DNA of 64,000 bases from Bugula neritina (taxonomy: Eukaryota; Animalia; Bryozoa), in assembly GCA_964035545.1 (NCBI GenBank), contig OZ037765.1, positions 18,104,995-18,168,994 on the forward strand. The letters run 5' to 3'. The translations under genes were made by a program, and so were the position numbers. Shown piece by piece: positions 46,095 through 56,200 of this stretch. Within the stretch, counting starts at the first letter, position 1. Each line of letters opens with the position of its first letter. The notes under the pieces are model-generated. The model ran no database searches. It was not told the DNA's origin and worked only from the letters and a program-made list of their open reading frames with translations.

Positions 46095-47486
46095 TTCTGG
46101 AATGTACTAATTGGAATACATACAAATACCCACAAGCTAATAGTTGAAAACTATAACAATAATTCTACCAACTGTGCAACTATGACTATCAAAAAACATT
46201 GATAAGCGTTACTAATAATACTTTCTATCAATATAGTACTCCAAGTTAAAAAACGAATAAGTGTGAAGGGCACTTGACTAAATTCTAGACTAATTTAAGG
46301 AAAATTTCAGAGCGAAATTAAATTTGAAGTTTCAAGTTAAAGTTTGAGTTAGTGTTACAACTTTCACTTTTAGGTACTGTGATTAAATTACAATAACAGT
46401 TTCACTTTTTAGATAAAACATGAGATTTTTAACAGTGAAAGTCTAACTTTAAAAAACGCAGTACAAGTAAATTGATCTGAAACCAGTGTCAGTGTGAGTG
46501 TCAGCTGACTTTACTCACACTGACAGTGACACTCAAAGTCAAAGCACTTTACTAGCCTAGGCACGGCGACTGATGAGTAATAGATTAGTATAAATCATTA
46601 AATTTAATATAAAAAAAAACTTGTTCAATAACCAAAACAATAACTAGCTGTTTTGTGGCACTACTATAAGCTTATAAATTATATTTATATTCTACATGTG
46701 TTACAACATGATATAATAATGTATAATTAATTACAACACCTGTTCACTAGATGAATCGAAGGTAAACAATAACTTTAAGCCTGTGAGTTTTATTCGGCAT
46801 TAGCAACTCACGCTGTTAGCAACGACCCTTCAATAAGAAATAAATATATACGATTACGCTTTTGACTAACCTCTTTGATCACGGGCTTTATAAGCCTTAC
46901 TCGAAAACAAAATCTAGAGTTGTCTTTTCATACCAGTTAGACGGCCTGTCTTTTATTAGTGCATTCATAATTATTCAAGTTTCAGTAAATGCACTCAAAG
47001 CAAAGCACATATAGATTATCAAGCGCATCAGAGTCAACAAATTTTCAATAAAAATAATGGGTTGATTCTGTTAAGATTTCAAGTCAAACTGAGAAAGAAC
47101 CAAGGATATAGGGTTAAGGGCTTTCTAAATTTAGAAAGAATCTTCAATTATATCTAATATCCATGTTTGATAATAAGCAGCTATTAGACAGTTGATAGCA
47201 CAGTATTTTCTAGCTGGTAGAGATATGACACAGCTATGGCCCAAGATATGTCACAAGATCTAAACTCTTCAAGAATGTATAGTGAGAATTAGTTTTGTTA
47301 TTGTACAAATTGACATGTAAGCAGTGTAATGGACATTGATAATTCAAGAAAATGAAGAATGTAAAATATAGATAGTTATTCCAGCTGATATGGAGCATGC
47401 AATACAATAGTACTCTGCATTATTAGAATGTATCTTCCTTTTTCCAAATCAGGTCAGGTTGGATTCTATCTGCCCGTTACATGCAT

Positions 47487-47873
<387 letters not shown>

Positions 47874-48528
47874 CTTAAATTTCAAATAAAATCACTCGAT
47901 CATAACGACCTAATGAGTGTAGTTTATATTACCTACACGAAACAAATTTGTAGTCATCTAAATGAGTAAATAAATTTATTATATCCAATATGGTATAAAT
48001 ACCATATATGTGTGTATTTTTTATTTTATACAAACCTAACATGTGCACTTTAAACAAGCGAAACGAACTCTTATCAACCTGCCGACATTAAAAAAAAATT
48101 TCGTGTGCAACCATCAAACTTAGAGATTCTATATTTTATATTTCATATACTAGTACAGTAAATAATTAATATTCAAACACCTATAATAACCACTCAATAA
48201 CAACTATATTTCCTATAATTGTGTGTTTACATTGTGTTTCTTTATATATTTACAAATATTTAAAAGCTTATAATAACCTCAAAGTCACCACTATATTTGC
48301 ATTGTGTTTTACGTTGTGTTTCACATCTTGATTTTTTTTATGTAAAAATTTAAATTCAATAATGTGTCCGAGGAGTGCTAAAGAAGCATGAAACTAATAG
48401 TAGCACAATAACATAACATCCACTTAAATTGCTCTTTCTCTCGATAATATAATTGCTCATTATTGTACATATAATAATTTGAGCGCTCTTTTATCTGCTG
48501 TTTAACAAACTCACACTACAGCTAATAT

Positions 48529-48531
<3 letters not shown>

Positions 48532-48571
<40 letters not shown>
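48532..48571. repeat. (TA)n microsatellite at the 3' end of the Penelope-like element
   Basis: About 20 TA units, 30 nt downstream of the element's hammerhead on the minus strand. Confidence 0.97.
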
Positions 48572-48576
<5 letters not shown>

Positions 48577-48600
48577 GAAATAAAATGAGATTTGATTAAT

Positions 48601-48671
48601 ATAATGGCATTTATTACTAGTAGTTTCGTACACAAGAACGATGTGCACTCGTCAGATAAATTAGCCACTAT
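48601..48671 (-). ncRNA. Type I hammerhead ribozyme in the PLE 3' UTR
   Basis: Minus strand: atagtggc-taa-tttat CTGACGA gtgcaca-tcgttct-tgtgtac GAAA ct-act-ag TA^ ataaa-t-gccattat. Full catalytic core, 7-bp stem II, short stem III, bipartite stem I (5+8 bp), GUA cleavage triplet. Confidence 0.9.
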
Positions 48672-48768
48672 GATTGCTTACAACTATAAATAATGTAATG
48701 TGTAAATATACACAGAATAAAGCTAGAAGATCAGAATATAACAAAGAGGTAGCATTGGAAGTAATTGG

Positions 48769-50889
48769 CTATGTTACAGCATTCTTGAGTAAAAATTTAC
48801 TACTATGTCTGCATATGGATAAAAAGTCATTGCGCTTATTGAGGGAAGACAACTGTGGCTTATAAAGAATGAAATATTTTTCCCATGAGCATAGCTGACA
48901 GTTTTTAGTGATGTTGTTGTATGGTTGAGCTTTTCTGAGAATTTTCCAGGATATGGTAAAATCCAGACCTTTGTCTTTTAAGGTCCAGATGTGTTTGCTC
49001 AACTCAGTTTGCAAGCGCTTGGTTGGGTGTCTGAAGGAAGCAAGGTGGTTGTAGTATCTTGCCTTGAATGCAGTGGAGGAAATTCCTACATATGTTTCGA
49101 CAGTATCGTTTGATGGGACGGATACTTTGGCCTGGTACACAATGTTTGGGGTGGTGCATTCTCCTGGAAGCGGGCATGTCTCTACATTTCTACAGTTACA
49201 GCCTGCCTGTGATATAGGGGCGGTGTTGCATTTAGTAACACTTTTGTTGTGAGCAGTGATGGTCTGCTCCAAATTTGGGCAGCAACTGTAGCTGAGTTTG
49301 AGTGTGTTTTTATTAAATATTTTGTGCAGTGGGTGTTTGGTGTGGAATGTATCTTTTGTCAGCTTGAGGAATATGGAGCCGATTTTCGTCTTTACATTGC
49401 GGCTATAAGGTGGATTGTACCAGATGACTCGTCTTTGTCGGATGGGTTTGATGCTTGTATTGGTGTTGTCAGTATAGTCTTTGTATTTGAGTTGGTAATT
49501 ATATCCGCTTTTGGCCAAAGCATCTTGATATTGTGGGATGGCATTGTTGAAAATGGTTTCATTGGTAGATATGTCACAAAGTCTGCGGTTTATAGATTCT
49601 GGTATGTTTTTCAGTATACTGGGGGGATGGTTAGAGTCTTTGTGTACATACAGAGGGATGTTGTTAGGCTTAGAGTATGGTGTATAATGTTTCTTGACCA
49701 GATCTAGGGTGACATCTAAATAGTCAGTTGTCTTAATATTAACATCTATGGTGATCTTTAGACCGTGTGACTGGAATAATATGCAGAGATCTTTTTTCAG
49801 TCTTTCAGCTAGTTGTGGTTTAAGATCTGTTACTCCTAGCCCATCATCTCGATATAGACCAATATTAGCTTTGAACTTATTTGAGATTGTACTTAATAAA
49901 AATAATCCTACCAATTCACATGTTTCAGCACCATCATGTGAGCCCATAGTGACGTCAAACAAATTATCTGATTGTCTTTTACCCCAAAATGAGTTGTCAT
50001 GCACCAATATGGATTTTTTTGTGTGCAATATGATATTCCGTTCGTGGTTGCTGACTGTAGTATGCAAGTTGGCAAAGTCGAGAGCATCTGATAGTAGCTT
50101 TGGCGATATAGATGGATAAAATTCCACAATATCGAACACGATAAAAGAGTGCCTGTTTGTGGTGGTCAAATTGTTAAACCAATGTAAAACTGCAGATGTG
50201 CTTTTCCACTGATTTAGGCCAAGTTTGCTGTTTATCGTTGTATTAATTCTGTCAAGTATTTGTTTACTCACCCTACTTATCTCTGGTTTGGTGGGGTTAA
50301 TGAGGCGGCAGGTGGGGTTAGTTATGTAGTTAGCCTTATGGTCCTTGATAGTAATGAAGGCGGGTTTCTTGGCTGTTATAGTGATTCTGTCATCAAGTTC
50401 CAATTGTTCAGCCATGGCTTTGTCCTCACTAGTGATGTTGGAGACATTGTCATTTGATATTTTCTTATAGGTTTTAGTGATGTTGTTAGTTAAGAGTCTG
50501 TCATACGATTCTTTGTCCATTTTGTAGAAATTGTTGCTTTTATCTGCAGGCACTATTATATTGTCGCTCTTGGTTATTTTATGCTTGATGTCGGAGGATA
50601 GCTTGTCTTGAAAGGTATTGTGGACGTGTCTAAACTTAACAGATCGGATCATGTCAGCTAATCCTTGCTCGAAACTTTGCATAGCTGTGATCTGTGGTGG
50701 GGACTTTTTTGACCTGAATCCATAAGTTTCCTTCATGCTAGATCTAGAGTCAGGATTTAGGAAGAAGAAGGCAGCCCATCTCATTTTGATGACTAAAGAT
50801 TCTGTGTATTGGATCAGTCTCCGTATATACAGTGATTGTGATGGAATCGGTATATTCATAGTTGAATAATCAAATCTTAGTTGTTCCAT
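48769..50889 (-). CDS. PLE polyprotein: reverse transcriptase + C-terminal GIY-YIG endonuclease
   Basis: RT motifs FDIVEFYPSI, VTMGSHDGAETCELVG, LYRDDGL, YLDVTL, YVHKDSNHPP; linker CNCRNVETC (CxCx5C); endonuclease NIVYQAKV...TYVGIS...FKARYYNH with CQLC. No internal stops. Confidence 0.96.
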   Translation of the reverse strand: MEQLRFDYSTMNIPIPSQSLYIRRLIQYTESLVIKMRWAAFFFLNPDSRSSMKETYGFRSKKSPPQITAMQSFEQGLADMIRSVKFRHVHNTFQDKLSSDIKHKITKSDNIIVPADKSNNFYKMDKESYDRLLTNNITKTYKKISNDNVSNITSEDKAMAEQLELDDRITITAKKPAFITIKDHKANYITNPTCRLINPTKPEISRVSKQILDRINTTINSKLGLNQWKSTSAVLHWFNNLTTTNRHSFIVFDIVEFYPSISPKLLSDALDFANLHTTVSNHERNIILHTKKSILVHDNSFWGKRQSDNLFDVTMGSHDGAETCELVGLFLLSTISNKFKANIGLYRDDGLGVTDLKPQLAERLKKDLCILFQSHGLKITIDVNIKTTDYLDVTLDLVKKHYTPYSKPNNIPLYVHKDSNHPPSILKNIPESINRRLCDISTNETIFNNAIPQYQDALAKSGYNYQLKYKDYTDNTNTSIKPIRQRRVIWYNPPYSRNVKTKIGSIFLKLTKDTFHTKHPLHKIFNKNTLKLSYSCCPNLEQTITAHNKSVTKCNTAPISQAGCNCRNVETCPLPGECTTPNIVYQAKVSVPSNDTVETYVGISSTAFKARYYNHLASFRHPTKRLQTELSKHIWTLKDKGLDFTISWKILRKAQPYNNITKNCQLCSWEKYFILYKPQLSSLNKRNDFLSICRHSSKFLLKNAVT

Positions 50890-50993
50890 TTTGCAGTTTA
50901 CAAATAGAGTGCTCTACTTAAAGGAGCGTAAAATAGTAAAATGGGTGTTTATAAAACGTTACTAGAGTGCTCTATAGAAATAAATCTAGAGTC

Positions 50994-51044
50994 GTTGTCC
51001 TGATGATCGTAGCTTGCACTACATAAAACAATATTGTAGTCGAT
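50994..51044 (+). ncRNA. Degenerate hammerhead-like motif
   Basis: gttgtc CTGATGA tcgtag-cttgca-ctacat AAAA caatattg TA gtcgat. Topology is right and stem III is palindromic, but GAAA reads AAAA and stems I/II are imperfect. Confidence 0.5.
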
Positions 51045-51440
51045 AAAATGAATATATATAAGTTTATTTTTATATCCAAAATTGTATCAGTACCAAATAT
51101 AAATACTCTATTTTTCGAAATATTGAGTTCTTTTGATTCATTTTTTAATTATAGAAACTATATATATATATATATATATGAGGGGACAAACCCCGAAACA
51201 GCTGCTGTCCACAGATTGAGGTATTATGCTCTCACTTAATGCTCAGCAATGACATTCAGTGATTGAGCTCTCTCACCATGGTCACAAACTCAAGCTGCTA
51301 GCATTTTGCAAGGCTCGTGACTCCTAGGTGACCCCTAGAGTCACTTGAGCTCTCTGGCTTGAGTTTACACACCTTTTAAATATGCTTTAGTAGAAACATA
51401 AGTTTCTACTATTGCGAAGGTGTGGGCCATGGTACTCTGT

Positions 51441-51495
51441 TCTGTGCTGATGAGGGGACAAACCCCGAAACAGCTGCACAGCTGCTGTCCACAGA
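51441..51495 (+). ncRNA. Type I hammerhead ribozyme (copy with an 8-nt duplication in stem III)
   Basis: tctgtg CTGATGA gggg-acaaa-cccc GAAA cagc-tgcacagct-gctg TC^ cacaga; predicted cleavage after 51489. Confidence 0.9.
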
Positions 51496-51720
51496 TTGAG
51501 GTATTATGCTCTCACTTAATGCTCAGCAATGACATTCAGTGATTGAGCTCTCTCACCATGGTCACAAACTCAAGCTGCTAGCATTTTGCAAGGCTCGTGA
51601 CTCCTAGGTGACCCCTAGAGTCACTTGAGCTCTCTGGCTTGAGTTTACACACCTTTTAAATATGCTTTAGTAGAAACATAAGTTTCTACTATTGCGAAGG
51701 TGTGGGCCATGGTACTCTGT

Positions 51721-51767
51721 TCTGTGCTGATGAGGGGACAAACCCCGAAACAGCTGCTGTCCACAGA
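51721..51767 (+). ncRNA. Type I hammerhead ribozyme
   Basis: tctgtg CTGATGA gggg-acaaa-cccc GAAA cag-ctg-ctg TC^ cacaga; perfect core, 6-bp stem I, 4-bp G-C stem II, GUC triplet, predicted cleavage after 51761. Confidence 0.93.
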
Positions 51768-51770
51768 TTG

Positions 51771-51831
<61 letters not shown>

Positions 51832-52512
51832 GGTTTGATGGCTATATTAAGAGAAAAGAAAAACATGTTAAACTTTTTCTCCAAACGTCTGAATTAACAC
51901 TTTAAGATTTACAAGAACATGCTGATTGATATGCCTGTTTAGCTTTCTATATTCAATGACAGATGATATGCAGTACAACCACCCAGCTCACAACTATTAT
52001 TTGGTAATAGTTAGCATTTTGTGCAGCGCTTCAGAAGTTTGTAATTCTAGAAAATATCTATTTTATTTTTATTTGTAGCTTTTCAAATCAGCAGCCCACA
52101 CTCCAAATCAAACACACAGACTATACAAACATGGAAGATAAAGCATAACACCAGCACTCACAAAACTGCACATTATACAGCTCCATCCTTTTATTACAAG
52201 GTCAATAATTGGTTTATGTCTGTTATTGTGATATCACAGTTTTGATTCATTATTAATTACAATTTTATGCTGCTTTTTACAGCTCATAGTGATTTATTAT
52301 ATTGACGAGCACAACCCTTAATTTTGCAACATTTTTATGTACATCATTTTAATTATACCACTGTTAGCAGTACAGTCAGTGCTCACCAATATATTATAAG
52401 CTAGAATCTCTTCACCAGCTCTCAAAGCTAACTTTTGGAATAGCAGAACATAAATTTACTGTCAATTAGCTTGCATTTTGGTAAAATGTAGATATACAAA
52501 TTTGAAATTTAC

Positions 52513-52563
52513 TATATCACACCCAGTTACAGATATTTAATATCTGTAACTGGGTGTGATATA
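52513..52563. repeat. Perfect 25-bp-arm palindrome with 1-nt spacer
   Basis: TATATCACACCCAGTTACAGATATT-t-AATATCTGTAACTGGGTGTGATATA. Confidence 0.95.
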
Positions 52564-53245
52564 ACATTATAGACAGACACTTTGTTACTGGTAATGTTAA
52601 TGTTAATGTTAATCCAAGATCCTCTTCTATACCAGCAACTAATTACCTCATGTTGTTTGCTGATCAATATTTCTGAAATAGAATTGAATTCACTGCCACT
52701 ACACTATAACATTTGTAGCTATTCTAGCCTAGCTAACTAAACAGAGGGTAGCATAATATCCCACTAAGTAGTGAGTACTAGACATCATTATGCTAATGTG
52801 CCACGCTGAATTATAATATGCTAATAATCAATATACTCTTGAACAGCATCTACTTTATGCATTTAAATGCGAAGCACTGGCTCTCATAAGGTTATACAAT
52901 TACAACAACTAGCTGGAGTTAAGCATTAAACATGATTCCTTGGGGATATACTACAGCATTTTCCTATGAGTTACTGTGTAATATATAAAGCAATAATGAT
53001 GAAACCATCTTCTATATGACTACTATAAATGCATCTACGAAGTATGCCACAATCAGCTGAAAGTTGATACCCAATTATAGGTGAGTGCAGACTTATATCA
53101 TCCAGTGATGTTGGTATAGCTATTAGCACATTAGCATTTCTTACATCATAGTAGCAGTAATTAGTAGAAATCTATTGCTTAAGTATATTTACTGTTTCTA
53201 TAACATTATTATATACAGCTCATTAGACCTAATCTCTACCAGGCC

Positions 53246-56200
53246 ATGGATACTGCATCTAAATACAAACAGACTAGAAAGGTTAGCACAGAGTCAGCAT
53301 CTGAGAGGAATCATTCAGTCGCAAGCGTAGAGCATTCTGAATCCAACACGGAGTTGCCTGGATCTTGCACTAAACAGTCAACATATATCACAACACAGTC
53401 CTCTTTCAACTCTGAAGTTGCAAAAGTAAGTCACTTTATCACATGCCGTTATGCTGTTGGGTGAAAATAATCTATTATAAGTTATATTGCATAATCAGCT
53501 ACGTCAAGGAATTGTTATGTTAAAACCAAATAGTTTTGTTTGCCAATAAGCAAATACCAAACCACATACTAATGTTTATTATTAGTGATTAAAACTAAAG
53601 GCTATAATATAATCTGTAAATACTATATCGTAGTTATAGTTGTCATAATAAGCAATTTTATTCACAATGAAAGCACAGCTTTTTAGTTAAGGTGTTTTAA
53701 TTTTTAGTAAAATAACTTTCACCCAAGTTTTTTTAAATGTTTTAAATGCAGCATACTTCTTCATCGCCCAAAATTTCTTTCGAGTAATAAATGTGAGATT
53801 TCAAGAACTTCAGTTAAATTAGCTGCATAAATCTCTCACTATAAAAGCCTCGTTATCAGGGTCTATGTTATTTAAGAACAAGTCCTATATCCAGTGTTAT
53901 TTGATTTTAAAATGTAAATAGCTTTATTTTCTTGTTGCACACTAGTATAGTTTAGGAATCGTAGCATAAAAGCTTCCTGTAAACTATTAAATACAAGCAT
54001 ATGATTAATAAACAATTAATAGACCAATACTATTATTCCTATAAATCAACTTAAAATTGTACTAATCATATCATAACCATGCAATTTAGTGGAAAATAGC
54101 AAGCATATATATAATAATAATAAAGCCTTGTGATCATGTGATGATAATAATGTCTTTAAAACCAGCTGATGAATTTCATCAGTTGGCTTTGATTTCATTC
54201 AGAGTTGGACTCTTACTAAACTAATGTATTTATATTGTTCAATTGCAAAAAATATATTGGTTTCCATTGTCACAGCCAAGTTAGGCATTACTCCCTGACT
54301 ATATTATATATTTTTTAACTTTTTAAACCGGACCCAAGGTTCACTTCAAAAGGTGCCCAGCACTAGTTGATAGCCAAATATATTTATTTTCATATCAGCC
54401 AATCATAAGTACGTGGTCCAGAACATTTCTTGTAAATTATTGCCAATAACTCTTTATAAATAACTTGAAACATAAATTTTTCAAGATGGGATTATTTTTA
54501 CATTTTCAACAAGTTTAATTTTTAACCTGTAAACTACCAGTTAATAAACTTGTCTCAAAATGAGCTTTAAAGTACAAAACATATAATTAAACCTTATGCC
54601 TGGTTCACACTGCAGCAACAAGTTCATCACTTGTCATACAGCAGTCAGTGTGATATATAGTAGCACTATCACAGTAACAGATTTTAGATCACAGAGGTCT
54701 GCTCTAGCAGATGCATTCAAGTGTTCTGCTATTCAGACACATTTTTTGTATTCAGCTGCAAACCAATTTTATTATTTGTTATCTGAGTGTTGATTGGGAT
54801 TATTATTAGTTGATTAGAAATTTATCAATCCCAAACAGCATTTTACAAATTATATTGATAAATTTTACTAATTGCATTAATAAAGTTGGCTAAATTGTGT
54901 TAGGTAACATAGTTAAATTATCCTAGTAAAGTTGTTGCCGTTTTGGCTATATTATTATTAATTTTATTCTTATTTCCATTCTTAACTTAATGACTGGTTT
55001 TCAATAAGAAGTTCTGGGCTGAAGATCTCTGAAGAACTACTAAAATGAATTAGTGAGCAGTTTTCAGACTAGTAAAGTAGAGTAATAGGGCTGTAGATTA
55101 TTCTGTTGTCCAATCATGATGCAGCAGTTGTATGAGGTCAGCCCCAAACTTTCAAGTCAAGTAAAACACACAGGTCTTGGAAGTTGTCAATCCCTTTGCT
55201 TTACTTAACACCTACGAATGGGATTTGTGCCAATTTGAGAACAACCTATATAAATGAAAGTAGCAGAATGCCATATAAATGTGAAAAAAACACTTTAAAT
55301 ATGGTTTGCTGTCGATTCCACCACAACTGTTTTGGGTAGTTGATTATATGTGAATAGCCCGATTAATTTTTTCAAGTCCAAGTCTTGTTATTGCTTTAAA
55401 ATAAATGAATAATTATACATTATCAATTTTGAAAATTTTAAACTATCCTTTTAAATATCTTGGAAATACTACTCATGCAAACAAATAATGACAATAAAAA
55501 TCAAATTGTCTTTTATTTGCACCAATAAATGTGTGAAATAAACTAATTGTTTTCATCACATGTTTGCAAACTATAACAATATACTCTATTATAATATAGT
55601 TTATATTATTAGAGCCCAGATTTACCTCCTTCAATGACAGAAAATGGTGCAGCAATAAAAGAAGAAGTTGAACTCACTACCATGGAAAATGCAACTAGCT
55701 TAAACAACCTTATACGGGTGGCAGCTGCTGAGACCCTCACTTCTAAACCAGCTTTTACCCATGATCAAGCTAACAGTATAGGTAAGGTAACAGTATAGGT
55801 AAGGTAACAAGTATAGGTAAGGTAACAAGTATAGGTAAGGTAACAGTATAGGTAAGGTAACAGTGTAGGTAAGGTAACAGTGTAGGTAAGGTAACAGTAT
55901 AGGTAAGGTAACAGTATAGGTAAGGTAACAGTATAGGTAAGGTAACAGTATAGGTAAGGTAACAGTGTAGGTAAGGTAACAGTGTAGGTAAGGTAGCAGT
56001 GCAGGTAGGGTAGTAGTGCAGGTAAGGTAACAGTGTTATTATAGGTAAGGTAACAGTGTAGGTAAGGTAGCAGTGCAGGTAGGGTAGTAGTGCAGGTAAG
56101 GTAACAGTGTTATTATAGGTAAGGTAGCAGTGTAAATATATATACAGCATATAGCTTAAGTACTGCACAGGCTCTACTCACATGTATGTAATTTAAGAAT

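Larger units (their letters stand above)
48572..50990 (-). mobile_element. Penelope-like retroelement (endonuclease-positive, Naiad-like), apparently intact
   Basis: Single 706-aa ORF plus a 3' hammerhead ribozyme, ending at (TA)n. The 5' boundary is approximate. Confidence 0.93.
51178..51776 (+). mobile_element. Non-LTR retrozyme-like tandem array (~2.2 copies of a 272-nt non-coding monomer, one hammerhead per unit) inserted in (TA)n
   Basis: Near-identical direct repeats with periods 272 and 280 nt; hammerhead cores at 51178-51215 (5'-truncated), 51441-51495 and 51721-51767; (TA)n on both sides (51159-51179 and 51774-51831). Confidence 0.9.

Noticed and set aside
48672-48768. SECIS element or selenocysteine recoding in the PLE
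   Set aside because: No in-frame TGA in the ORF and no recognisable SECIS core in the 3' UTR.
49064-50457. Several short ORFs overlapping the PLE ORF
   Set aside because: Antisense or alternative-frame shadows of the RT ORF with no motifs.
51178-51776. Reading the repeat array as a CRISPR array or as the adjacent PLE's own terminal repeat
   Set aside because: Units are identical throughout with no unique spacers and the context is eukaryotic. It is in opposite orientation, separated by TA tracts, and shares no sequence with the PLE 3' end.
55770-56168. 132-aa repetitive minus-strand ORF
   Set aside because: Translation of the 17-bp minisatellite; no evidence of coding function.
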